From Amoebidium appalachense (Eukaryota > Protista > Ichthyosporea), in assembly GCA_963693365.1 (NCBI GenBank), contig CAVNZM010000003.1:15049143-15113142 (forward strand): a stretch of 64,000 nt of DNA. Reading direction: 5' to 3'. Shown in pieces: positions 1 through 13,961 of this stretch. Numbering within the stretch: position 1 is the stretch's first letter; each line of letters opens with the position of its first letter. Both the position numbers and the translations under genes were made by a program. The notes under the pieces were generated by a model, which saw only the letters and a list, made by a program, of their open reading frames with translations, was not told the origin of the DNA and did not search any database.

Positions 1-21
1 GAGAGTGGCAGTGAGTAGGCT

Positions 22-143
22 ATTATATAGTATGATATATATATATCATATATATATATCATATATATATATATATGATACTACTATGATATATATATAT
101 ATCATATACTAATATATATATATATATATATATATACATACAT
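22..143. repeat. Degenerate (AT)n microsatellite
   Basis: Interrupted TA dinucleotide runs visible in the sequence. Confidence 0.85.
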
Positions 144-1994
144 AAAGCTATTGTCCTTATACATTATAAAAACAATATTTATTATTGCAGAATTCGCCGT
201 TTCTTATTAGTTTACAGATGTCAGAAACCTCATATTAAGATGCTCAGAATCGCCTCCACAGTGTGCTTTGTTGTCGACGTCGACGATACCCATCATGTTA
301 CCCTACACAGTATACATACGTAGAACAGGATTACGACGCCCATAGCACGTCTATAGCATTGGAATAGGTGCTACATTCGGTTAATGGACGGTGTAAACGC
401 ATGCACAGCATGTCCATAGGATGACTTTGGCATATACACATGAGGGTCAAGAAATCAGTGGACCTCTTTATTACCCTGTAATATGCTTGTCGACGTCGAC
501 GATGGGTTTTCAGCTTTTCCATCCATTAAAATCTTGAGGGTACCAAACGCAGCCACTCAGGTATCGTAAACTACTCCGAACCCGTCGTCGACGTCGTAGA
601 GGGGTTTCCGATGGGGGGGAAAGATTGCTGATGATATACACAACACATAGACACACAGGAAAAAAACACAACCGGAGAGGTGGAACGGCCCTCTGAGACG
701 ACTTGAAATGTTTTCAACTGCTTGATATTTATTTCAAGATGAAGTTCTTTTTATACGTAGATATGTGGAGCCGACAAAGGCTAAGCCAATCAAAAGAACG
801 AAAACTATGGGGGCAAATAAATCGAAATACCTGTCGCCGCACATAGAAGGTAAATCGTAATCTTCTAATGAAAGCACGGAAACATTTACTAAAGCTAAAT
901 AAATGAAACCGTTTATATATCTATTAGTTCACATCATACAGAGAGACTTGGGAAGGGGAAGGGGGGAGGGGGGGGGGGGGGGGGGGAGGGCAAGGGAGGG
1001 AAGGAGGAAGATGGAGAGAGGGGGGGGGGCAGGGGGGGTAGTAAGGAGTATGGGAAAGGTATAAAAGGGCGCCGGGGATGGGGAGGGAAAGGGGGGGGGG
1101 GGGGGGGGGGGGGGGAGGGAGAATGGTACCACTAAGTCTTCGCATTGCCCTCTTTCTGGCGTTGTGTGGTTTGGGGCAGGGGGGGAAGGGGGGGGGGGGG
1201 GGGGGGGGGCAGGCAAATACTAGTGAGAGATGTGTTCAGCTCCCTGCCTCGAGTTTACAGTATTGTGTTTGCACTTGTACACGTGCTCACTGGTGCATGA
1301 ACAGATGGTTCCTTCTTTTGGTTTTTTATTGCATCAGTTATATGTAGTCATCATACTATTTCTTAGTTCACACAAAGTCCATGTATGGGCTGCACTACTG
1401 TCCTTGTACATGTGGCTAAGTCAGGTTTTACAGATGAGGATGTTCGCGAGCGCCAGCGGATGCGCAACCATTAAGATGACAACCACGGCAACGGGGGTGG
1501 GCTCAGCTCTCCCGTGGCTTAACGAGGGTGTTGCTTCGGACTGTGGTTCTTGTTAGCAACGAAAAGGCAGCTTAGCCAGTAGTGCTGTTTCGTTATTTTT
1601 TGCTAGGTATACGTAGCTTACATTTGTGCTGGAATACGCTGGACACTGTAGTTCGTATAATCTTGTGTAGCCATGCCTGCAGATAGAACTTGAATAAATG
1701 GAATAATTGTTAGATTGCTTATGCTTAAGTCCGAGCTTCACTTATGTGTGCTATTAACACTGCATAAATGTGATATCCTTTAGCTACAAAGCTTTTAAAT
1801 CATTGTTAACAATCTCTAGATCCATTGAAGCATCACATGCATATGTAACGTACTACTAGGCTGCAGGCTGTAAGCCAGCGCCACAACAACATGTGTGCAG
1901 TGTCAACGATATGGCTAATAAAAACGACGAGAAGAAAGTCTGTTTGTGGTGCCAATTTGTTGCCTGGTTCCCCCGTTATTTTTTTTTTTCCGCA

Positions 1995-2039
<45 letters not shown>

Positions 2040-2426
2040 TGGATGCTGGGACCCGATCGGGCAGACGTCCTAGACACGTGAGCCTAATCTCGCGCACGTT
2101 CGTGTTGGTGACGTGATCGCAATCTTGACTTTGCATTCCAGACTTACAGCACGAGCGGCTAAGGTATGAGTCACAGGAATGTGCTGATGACTCTTTGCGC
2201 ATTTCTTTGGGCGCGCGCATGAGCCTTAAGAAAGACATCGGCCATCGGCCGGCCCGACTTTATAGGCACCGAATCGTCCCTATCATAGGCACAAATCGGG
2301 CACGATTCTCTGATTGCGGATTTTGCAGTGATACCTGCAACACCGTCACCGACGTCCCCAACGACGGGGCTGTTTACACCACGCGTATGTGTGCCCCCGC
2401 TTGTCTTACTGCTCATGTTGTCTATG

Positions 2427-4988
2427 TGTCAATTTATATCAGTATTTGGGACTGGTAAGCAAAGCAGAGACACAGCCAGTGGTGCAGTGTAAAAACACCA
2501 CAGACACCAACAAAAACACGGAACGATCGGAGCAGTGTACACAACAGACATCAATGTTTAGACACGACCGACGAAATCAATGTATGATTGATTTCGTATA
2601 TATATTTGTGAATCCTAAGTCAAATCAACGCATGATTTCCGACCGGTCGGAAATCAGATCCATGTCTAAAATAACCAATCAAAATGAATTGATTATTGCC
2701 AGGATAGATCCGGCGACACAGGACCGCATACCATAAATCACAGCTACTAGCAAGTATTGAGGTGTAAAAGTAACGAGGAAAGAGGGGGCTGTGGTTTATG
2801 TTTCTAACAGTATCAACAGCTGCAAAGACTCAGACAATTTTGTAAAATTATATAAGTATTTGGGATGTAAGCAGAGACACAGTGGTGCAGTGTGAAAGCA
2901 CCACAGACACACAACAACAAAACACGGAACGATCGGAGCAGTGTACACAACAGACATCAATGTTTAGACACGACTGAACTCAATTTATTTTGATCTTGAA
3001 TAAATACCTGAAATTCCCTTAAGTTAAATCCATGCATGATTTCCGACCAGTCGGAAATCAGATCTGTCTCTAATAGAAACCAATCACTAAGAACTTGAAC
3101 CAATTGCTTTCAGAGAGATCTGGTACGCGGAGACGTACACGATAGGACACAGACACTAGTTAAGATCAACTCGTGTCATTATCAAGGAAGTTTTAACCTA
3201 TGATACACTGCAAAGACTCGGACATACCACACTTAACCTTGATGATTGGTTAAAGCTCGGCAACACATGAAAGTTAAAGTAAATTAATGAAGTCTGATCA
3301 CACATGTCAACCTAAGTGTAGCCTAAGTGTGTTACCGTCCAATCAACACACATTAAGTAACACAAATCTACCTAACATATATTAGTAGAAAAGAAATACG
3401 ATTATACACATGAAGACATGGAGAGAATGAAAAGAAAATAAGGGAGGAGAAAGAGAAAGGAGAAGAGAGAACAGATCAACAAACAAGATAGTAATAGTAT
3501 AACTATAACTAGAGATATTTATGTACACACGAACATGTACACGTCTCTCCCTGAGTGGGTGGATCCGTGTACACACATATAAATATTCTAATTGATATTA
3601 CAATACACGATTAAAGCCGATACAACACGATTACAAGTATACAAGCATATCGGAGATCGATGCTACACTTTACGTAATAGGAGTGTGGCATTTATCCTAA
3701 GCATATGAACTGAAACATAACACAAACCGAGAAGATCTTACATTATGTAAATACTACGTATTACAACATCCCCACTTAAGACTTTGAAGTTTGTGTTATC
3801 ATATCTCCACTGAACTAGTGAAATCTCCCCACTTGAGAACAGAAACGAAAAAAAAAAACAAAAAAAAAAAATCAAAGTGTGTACTTTTCCTGGGGGGGGG
3901 AGGAGGGGGGGGTGAGGGGGGGGGAGGGGGGAAGGGGGGGGGGGGGGGGGGGGAGGAACCGGGGCAAAAACAACAGAGATGTATCACATTTATAGTCGGG
4001 GGTGTTGTAACAGGTGTGACTAACTGGGTTTGAAACCAGTGAAAGATAGAGTAGAATCGCGATACAGGTCAAACCATATATAAAAACCCTAAGTGGGCAT
4101 ACCCACAAAGGCAATATACATATGAAATAATGATGGTGGTAAATTAAGTAGTAATCATTCCAGCCGGGAGGCAGTGTTGATGCATCTGCTGTCCAGGGCC
4201 CCAGCCGTAGTAGAAAACCACACGTGAAGTAAGACGGTTCAATCGACAATGTCCGGCACACAAAGTCGGGCACGATGGGTGACGTGACTCGGGCCAGGGA
4301 GGGGCTTGCTGAGGATGTCGGCCAAGTTGTGAGCTGACTCGACGTAGTGGACAACAACATCCCCACTGGCAATGTAGTCTTTGGTGTTATGGTACCGGAC
4401 GGCAATGTGTAAATACTACGTATTACAACAACTTTCTGACTAAGTCTACTGATTGGTCACAGCACGGCAACACACAAAACTAAAGTGGTTGACTAAGCTA
4501 TGTTTCACACATGACAAGCTAAAGTGTAGCCTAATTGTTTTCCGACCAATTAAAACACAACGAGTACTACAAAGATACTCAACGTATATTAGTGAAAAAG
4601 AAACAGTGATCATGTGAAAGAAAACAAGGGAGAAAAGAAAGAGAAAAGAAAGGAGCAGAAGGAGGAAAGAGAGAAGAATACAGGACAGGAAACACGAACA
4701 CAAAAACACAGTTGCAACAGAAGATATTCACGTACACATTAAACATGTACACGTTTCTCCCTGAGTGGGTGGAAACGTGTACACACGTATCAACACACCA
4801 ATCAGTGATAAAGTACACGATTAGAACCGATCTATCACAATTACATGTATACGGACACATTAGAGATCGATGAGACATATTTCGTACAAGGAGAGTGACA
4901 TTTCCATTAATCCCATAACTGAAGACACAACACAAAGTTAACTGAAAAGATCTTACACATGTAGATACTTCGTACTAGTACTACAACA
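2427..4988 (-). mobile_element. Diverged Copia-family solo LTR, split by a younger insertion
   Basis: TG...CA ends with TSD CTATG at 2422-2426 and 4989-4993. Similar to the reverse complement of the Copia LTR at 25345-26269. Confidence 0.8.
2841..4430 (-). mobile_element. Internally deleted Copia copy: 23-bp stub of the 5' LTR, RNase H tail, 3' UTR, PPT and full 3' LTR (2841-3768)
   Basis: Close similarity to about 30570-32097 in reverse. The translated tail HIAVRYHNTKDYIASGD...NLADILSKPL is recognisable. Imperfect TSD AATTT/ACTTT. Confidence 0.85.
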
Positions 4989-5810
4989 CTATGCCTACTG
5001 TTGCTAGCTGTAGCTGTGTGTGCGCTTTAAGTAAGTTACGTTTCTTCTAACTCTAACAGTCGAAAAAGTTCTAAGTCAAAACCACTCATAATCGCTGGTC
5101 GTAAAAAAAACTAGGGGTGATAGCAACAGCCCAGAAGGACTAACAGTGCGTGTGCCCCCTCCCTGCAAAAAACTGCAGAGAAAGGGGGTGTAGCTTGTCG
5201 TATCACGACCTAGCGTGTATACGAACGACTCTAACTAACTGCACGCTTAAAAGGGGCTTGAAACTGTGTAGACATATGGAGTTTTCTTTGAGTCGGGTGG
5301 GAGACGAACAAACGTGTTGTCAGAAGAACTTCGAATGCCCGCGACCCCACGAGACACTTCACAGACATGACACGCGGCCCACTGGCCAAACAACTACCAC
5401 AGTGACATTCAGCCAATCACAACACTCTCCCGCCCCCACGGACTACACACACTCCACACCATTGGCTACCGCCACCTCAGATACCCCTACAGCACTACAA
5501 CACGTACATACCTTTACTCACAATACATATAAGCATACACACACGCGAGCAGGCAGCAAGGGTCTCGCCAAGCACACAGCAAGAAGCAATACAACTTACA
5601 TATAACATGAAGAGTACGCAGAGGCATGGAGTATGCACGCGCGCACCAAACTATCAGCCGCCGCTGCATCAAATTCTCCCCATACCTCTGAGCGATCTCT
5701 CCATACTCCACATAGTCCCCGGAATCACTATGCAAGAAAACCCCCAAAATTCACTCACCAAAACACAAAATATAGAAGCAGACATATACGAATCAGCTCA
5801 GCACATGACA

Positions 5811-6550
5811 GGAGTCGGGCACATACTAGTAGAGTGTGTTGAGGCTGAGAACCGAGGTAACTCCGACAGCCAGGTTGATGATGCCACGGTGATGAGCAGT
5901 TACAATGCCGAGACCGTGGACTTCGGTCGGGGGGCACGGCTCGAGGGTGGAGAAGTACTCTTTGACGGGGCACACATGGACGGGGCACAGGGGTCCATGG
6001 TGAGGGAAGCCGTGGTTGAGACGAGGGCAAAATGCACCTCTTTGCCTGTCGACGACGGGCAACGGAGCAGCCGGGTTTGGTTTGTCACATTGAGTGACAT
6101 GATGATTCTCGTGGCAATAAGCACAATCGAGGGGGCAGTGGTCTTGGCACGGGGTTGGCTGTGATGACGGTTACCCCCTTGACGTGAGGGGTAGGGTGAC
6201 CGGGAACGGGGACCGGGGGAGCGGGACCGGGAGTAATCACGGTCGATGGAGGAGGATCGATCATTGGAACGACCACGGTGGAGACGGGAGACGGAGCTGT
6301 CACGTCGGGGGATCCAGTGACGGAGGTCGTCCTTGGGAAGGACACGGCTCTGCAGGGCACGTGCAGTACGAACGGAGAGGGAAGACCCGGATCCAGAGTC
6401 GATGAGATCTTCACGAATCTCAGCAGCTCGGATATCACTGATGAGTCGGTGACAGTCGGTTGTAGGTGTAGTAGTTGATGTTACGACGGAAATAATCTGC
6501 AAACATAGCCTGGATGTCGGAACAAACCAGTTGCTACCCTGGACACCCTC
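5811..6550 (-). pseudogene. Degenerate Copia gag-protease remnant
   Basis: RS-rich tract, zinc knuckle CAYCHENHHVTQC and a protease-like segment (SMCAPSKEYFSTLEP...HRGIINL), across frameshifts and in the same order as in the Copia at 26332. Confidence 0.7.
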
Positions 6551-6666
6551 TTGTCCTGTAAGGGGGAGGGAAGGAGGGGAGGTGGGGGGGAGCCTCGGGT
6601 TAGTAATGTTCTGTGTGTGTGTCACAGTGTGTGTGTGTGTGACTAGAAGGGTGAAGGGGAGAGGAG

Positions 6667-6702
<36 letters not shown>

Positions 6703-7674
6703 GGGGGGAGAGGGTGAGGTAGTGGGGGTTGAAAATGGTTAGAGAGGACTCGAATGATACATGACTGTTGGATGTGATAGCTAGGCAAGTGTGGTAGATT
6801 GTGGTAGGTGGTGACGGTGTAAGTATTTGAAAGATTTCTGATTCACCTAGGGCGAGATGGGGAGGTGGGGAGGGGGAGGGGAGGGGGGAGGGGGAGGGGG
6901 GGGGGGGGGAGGGCGGACGGGGGGGCATGGAAAAGAGGTCGTGTGTATGTGTGTGTGTGTTGGGTGGGAGAGGTGGGAGGAAGGGAGGGGGGGGGGAGGA
7001 GGGGGAGGGAAGGGACTTGATGGGGGGACTAGAATGGGTGGGGTGGGGGTGGAAGGGGGGGGTGGAGGGGGGGGATGGGGGGGTGGAGGGGGGGGGAGGG
7101 GGGGAGGGGGGGGGAGGGGACAGGGGGGAGGGCAAATAGGGGATTAAAACAAAGGACGTGCCATTGGGTGTAGGGTTACATCATAGTTGGTTGGGGTCAA
7201 CCAGGTTTCATATTTTAAACATGGTCAATCGGTGGGATGTGGGTAATTGTGGATGAATAATTGTGGATGCGGTGCGTGTGTGTGTTTGTGTGTGTTGGGG
7301 GGAAGGGGGGGGAGAGGGGGGGGGGGTAGGTGGGGGGAAGGGGAGGGGGGAAGGGAAGCGGGTGATGGTATGGGGGGAGGGGGGAGGAAGAGAGACTGAT
7401 GATAAGGCGGCAGGTGGAGGGAAAGGGAGATTGAGGCAGTTGGAGGCTTTGGAGAGGGGGGGGGGGGGAGGGGGGGGAGGGGGGGTTTGGGGGGTTTGGG
7501 GGGGGGGGGTGGGGGGAGGAGGGATGGGGGGAGGGGGGGGAGGAGTGTGAGAGTGAACGAGCTATGGCATAATAAACTATAGTGGCAAGGGGTGCACGGC
7601 TGAACGTGAAAAGCTAAGCTGAAACGTAGGTTTGGGTGGATGCCTTTGGGTGGATGCACGACTTATGTTGGCTT

Positions 7675-8515
<841 letters not shown>

Positions 8516-8969
8516 CCCACTGCCTAGCGTTGCAGGTTTGCCCATGTGTGGGTGTGTGGCCTCGTGTGAGCATGTGTATGTGTGCTTGAAAATGGGTGTT
8601 GTATGTCGAGGCATGATATTTGGTATGTGTGTGTTAGGGTGTGGGTGCTTGGGTGCTTTCTTACATAGCATGGGAGTGCTAGAATTTGTCCAGGTCCCAG
8701 AGTGCACTTGTTTGTGCATGATATTGCATGGGTGCAAGAGTCTAGTAGACATTAACACCATAGGCCAGTTCGAAACCATGCGACCGTCCGTGATTGGCCG
8801 CACGAGTGGCCGTAAAATCAGAAAATGTTTGCCAATAGGCAACAAAATAAAACTTCAAAAATATAATTTTTGTGTGTTTTGAATGGCTCAGACAGTCTTG
8901 GGAGAAAACATGTATTAGAAGACTGAGTCAAAAGGGACTATGTTTTGGCAAAACTGTAAGTCTTGCCAC

Positions 8970-9006
<37 letters not shown>

Positions 9007-9247
9007 CCCCTTCCCCCCGCCCCCTGCCTCCCCACCCCCCCACCCCCCCCACCCACTGGCATTAAAGGGCAAAAAAAAAAAAAAAAAAAAAAAACTGACC
9101 CACCCACCCACCCATACACACACACAGCAACACTTTCCTGTAAATATGACAAAAAAAGTGCCACCTAGTGGCTTGTGGTTGCAAAGAAAATGGAGATAAA
9201 TGTGTATAAAGGAGGGGGGCTTAGAAGCCCCCGACTCCGGAAAGCCG

Positions 9248-9282
<35 letters not shown>

Positions 9283-9850
9283 TCGGAGGGAGGAGAGGGG
9301 GGAGGGAGAGTGGGGGAGGGGGGAGTTGGGAGAGGCTTAACGAAAGAGACAAGTGAGAGAGTTGGCCACCTTGGGGAGACGAGATAGGCATGAGAGTATT
9401 ATCCAATGAAAAGAAGAAACAATCCGACTTGGTGTGCTTGGCCTTGGTGAAGTTGAAGAGCGAGAAAAGAAAAAATGAACTCAGTGACACCCAATAAGGG
9501 GTCCCCGGGGGGAGAGGGGGGGGGGGGGGGGGGGGAAGTGGGTTAGGGAAGGAGCAGGGGGTAAGGGGAGAGAGTGAGGGAGGGGGGGGGGAGGGGGGGG
9601 AGGGGGGCAGGGGGGGGGGGGGGAGGGGGAATGGTCGGGAGGGTCGAGAGCGATTCGGAGACGTAGAAAAATAGAAGAGTGTGTGGAGAGAAGCAGGAAG
9701 GTTGGTGATCCGGTTGAATCGTAAGTAGAGTTAGGAGAAAGGGAGAGAAAGAACGAAAAAAATGTCCGCAGCGTGAGGTGTGACGTATGAGTTCAGGGGG
9801 GGGGGGTGCAGGTATGCACTCGGAGTAGGACGGTTGTGCACTTGTGTGTG

Positions 9851-10039
9851 GTTCTGAGATTACATGTGAGTGTCCTGAGATTACATGTGAGTGTTCTGAG
9901 ATTACATGTGAGTGTTCTGAGATTACATGTGAGTGTTCTGGGATTACATGTGAGTGTTCTGGGATTACATGTGAGTGTTCTGAGATTACATGTGAGTGTT
10001 CTGAGATTACATGTGAGTGTTCTGAGATTACATGTGAGT
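9851..10039. repeat. Minisatellite, 9 x 21 bp (GTTCTGAGATTACATGTGAGT)
   Basis: 189 bp, nine near-identical head-to-tail units with no spacers. Confidence 0.95.
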
Positions 10040-10129
10040 GTGTTGTGCAGCTGGCATTGACATGCACACAAGATGGAACTCGTGTATCTGTATGTTTGCG
10101 GCACGTGTACAAGGGCATGATGGGCGCGA

Positions 10130-10550
<421 letters not shown>

Positions 10551-11184
10551 GTGATATCTTCAGACAAGTTCAACCATCTGCATCCTTATGTAAGGACTGC
10601 TCACATATACAGGAAAATTTTTCTGACCAACTTACAATCTAACTGGTGTGGTTCTGCATCCAGGCAAATACATTGAAATTATCATTTTTGGCAAAATGAA
10701 ACATGAAATTTGGCCCAATTTACTGGTTCTCGGGCATGAGCAGGTTTGAGACGGACTTGATGAGGGGGTGGTTCTCGGTCACAAACTCATCAAGATCCAG
10801 CGCCCAGAAAAATGCACCGCCCTGGGCTGTGGGGGGAGGGGGGGGTTAGAACAGAAAAATTATTATGAAATCAGTGCAATTTCATAAAATATGTGCTTGT
10901 GCTACAAAGTTATATGAGGAGGCGTATAAACTGTTAGAGGGGGCCAAAAATGGAGGCCAAAAATGGAGGGCATAGAGGAATGGGCAGACGAGAGGGAGCT
11001 CGGCAAAGTTTTGAAATGTTGGAGCCAATTAATAACTGGAACCATGAGACAAGGCCCTGGGGAAAACAAAGGTGAACCACTGTGGTCCATTTTCTTTGTG
11101 TGTGCGGTGGGTTTTAAAGGAAGGGGAGGGGGGGGGGGGGAGAGAGAGAGAGAGAGGGGGGGGGGGGGGGGATTAAACAAATCT

Positions 11185-13961
11185 TTAAGAGGGTAAAAAT
11201 AGGGGTTTGTGAAGGGGCGAAATGTTGTTGGCGACTCTTTGCAAAAGTGCACTGGCGGGGTCCATACCGGGGCCGCTGGGGTCCTTGACGAGCAGGTCGA
11301 CCTTCTCCTTGAGGGTCTGGGGGCTGTCGTAGCCGCACCAGCCGTGCTTGCCGTCGGCCGTCATCCACTGCACAATCTGCGTGCGTGTGACCGGATCGTA
11401 CAGGCTCGTGCCCTGCCGGCCCAGTGCGCTGATCTCGTAGGCCGCCAGGAAGCCCTCCTCCTCGGTGACGCCGCCGTTATCGATGCCCTTGGGGGCCTTG
11501 AGCGTGGGGTGCTTGGCCGCATTGAGGTTGGTCTGCGTCAGCGGCAGCGTGCTGTCGTTGAGGTAGATGCAGCGCCCGTACGCCCCCAGCCCCAGCACGA
11601 TCTTGCTGCTGGCCGCCCCCCGCTCCTTCCACGCCTGCACCCCGCGCTGCACCGAGAACATCTTGGGCTCGGTCTCGTTGTACTGCGCCAAGAACGGCGG
11701 CGGGGCCAGGGCCGTGTGGGGGCGGGCCACGGGCTCCCAAGCGCCGTACAGGTCGTAGGACATGACGAAGATGTGGTCAAAGTGCGGCGCAATGGCCGGC
11801 ACGTCGTAGGCGCTGGCAATGCCCTGGTGGCTGGCCCACACGGCCGTGGTGAACAGGATGGGCTGGCGCTTGGTGGCCCCGGCCTCGTCGGCAAACACGG
11901 CCCGGCACGTGCGCACCAGCTCCGTGTACTGGGCGCGCTGCTGGTCGCTGCCCGGGTAGCCGTCCTCGACGTTGGCGGGGTACTCCCAGTCAAAGTCGAT
12001 GCCGTCAAAGTAGTGCTCCCGCACAAACGCCACGGCGTTCTGGCAGAACCGCTGCCGGTTCTCGGGCTTGCATGCCGTGGGGAATACGTCCTTGGTCCAC
12101 GCCGTGGCGCCGGGGCCCGTGCCCTTGCTGAAGTTCCAGCCGCCCAGGGACAGCAGCACCTTGACCTTCGGGTTCTGCGTCTTGGCCCGCGAGATCACGC
12201 GGTAGTACATGCTCTGCTTGTAGTCCGTATCCGTGCGGATGTCGTTCCACTCGAACGGCGCAAAGCTCAGGTCCTGCTTGAAAAACCCGAAGCCGTAGTT
12301 GATGTGCGTCAGCATGGTGGCGTCGATGTTCTCGGCCACATAGGGCTTGCCCTTGCGGTACTGCGCCCAGTTGGTGTAGTAGGCCCCCACCACACGCTTG
12401 GGCGGTGCGTAGGGCGTGCTGTCCGTGGGCTTGCACACGCCAATCTGCTTCCAGTTGCCGGTCGTGTCGGAGGCCGGGTCGGCGCCCTGCGAGTAGTAGG
12501 CGTTGCGATAGACCTTGCCCTTGCTGTTGATGACCGTGTTGCCGGCGTAGATCATGTACGAGCGGTACTCGAGCATGGGGAACGCGCAGTCGTATTCCGT
12601 CGTGGGGCCGGCCGTGGTCGTGGTCACGGGGGTGGTGGTGGTGACCGGGGCAGCACTAGTGGTGGTGGTGGCAGGAGCCTGGGTGGTGGTGGTAACAGGT
12701 GCCTGGGTGGCACGGTGGTCGTCACGGGGGCCTGTGTAGTCTGTTGTTGGGTATGATAGAGAGTGAGATTTCTATTGCTGGCAGAAGGAAATGCATAGTT
12801 GTGATCGCAAACTTTTTCGCAGGCGCATGCTACCTAATGCAGCCTTTCAAAGGTACCTCCGCGGTTCTTCCTCCCCGGGCCCCCTCCCCCCCCCCCACCC
12901 ACCCACCCCCCCACCCCCCTCCCTCCCTTTCTGCCCTGCCCCTCTCCCTCCCTTCCCGCCTTCCTTTCCTCTTTGCAGAAGTGCCCAACAATGCACAATT
13001 ATTCGGCTTTTGTCCCAGCAGCAGCATGAATGGTGCAGCCCATGCATAAATCGATATCCAATATATCGTGTACATGTTGTGATGATGGGCAAACGGTTTT
13101 AAAAGCCCACACCTGAATTGCTCTAACGGATATAAATACATACATGGTCCGTCCGCATCCTGAACACGCCGGTGACAAGCCTTATCACAGCCGCAGATTT
13201 TGATATGCCGCATCCTGTGTTTTCTTTCAATATAGAATTGTAACTGAAAGAAACAAACAGCAAACAATCCTTACCGTGTTGGTGGCCGGGCCACAGCTTG
13301 TAGCCACGACACAGTGTGTGGTGGGGCACTGGGTGGTAGAGTAGCCGCCGCACCATGCGTCATAGGTGCTGCCGTAGGTGGCGTTGGGTTTGCACACAGA
13401 CTTGCACGTGCCTGTAGTGGTCACCGGTGCCTGAGTGGTGGTGGTGGTGACGGCAGCGGTGGTTGTGGCCTGGGCCGAAGTGGTGGTCACGGGTGCCTGG
13501 GTGGTGGTGGTCTGGCGTGTGGTGGTCTGCGAGGGAAAATGTGAGCTGGCTATGGATCTTTGTAACCTTATTGGTATTGGCTGCATCTGTGAAAAGTTTG
13601 CAACACTCAAACACGTACCGTAGCGTCCTCTAGGTCTTTCATGTGTAGTAATATGATAACAAATTCGATTTGCATGCAGCAACGTTAACACCAGTGTGCA
13701 CGTGATAGGCTACAGTAACACCCAACAGGGACAATACTCAACACAGATACAGACACGTATACGTACCGTGGTTGGAGACCCAGAGCAGGTCTGCATCGCA
13801 CAGAAGCCAGCAAGGGTGCAGTTCGGCTGGCCAGAGCAGTAGGCGAGGTTCACCCGAGAATCAAGAGGAGTGCAGCAGAGCCCCCCGGCCTGGCGCCTTT
13901 CGAGCGCCGCGCCCAGAGCCGAGCCGGCGGCCATAACGGCGACAAAAGTTTGCTGAAGCAT
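11185..13961 (-). CDS. Secreted GH18 chitinase with two Cys-rich modules, Thr-rich linkers and a CBM5/12-like module; possibly damaged
   Basis: Predicted exons 13961-13767, 13526-13275 and 12740-11185 with GT-AG borders. Signal-peptide-like N-terminus MLQQTFVAVMAAGSALG. GH18 motifs YYTNWAQYR, LSLGGW, FDGIDFDWEYP and VMSYDLYGAW. A 1-nt frameshift lies near 12713 and the usual C-terminal GGxMxW strand is absent. Confidence 0.9.

Larger units (their letters stand above)
2341..5810 (-). mobile_element. Diverged, partial copy of the non-autonomous LTR family seen at 24381-64000 (5' LTR 5196-5810), interrupted by Copia LTRs
   Basis: 5196-5810 (TGTCGTA...CATGACA) aligns with the LTRs at 24381 and 34856. 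4994-5195 and 2341-2426 align with internal sequence at about 34320-34855. No 3' LTR is seen. Confidence 0.8.

Noticed and set aside
6550-7600. Pro/Gly-rich ORFs and G-quadruplex-like tracts
   Set aside because: Poly-G/C runs are ubiquitous in this window and their lengths are unreliable, so there is no specific signal.
9851-10039. Possible CRISPR array
   Set aside because: The units are contiguous with no unique spacers and the context is eukaryotic, so this is a minisatellite.
11209-12756. 515-aa plus-strand ORF
   Set aside because: It is the antisense shadow of the GC-rich chitinase exon.
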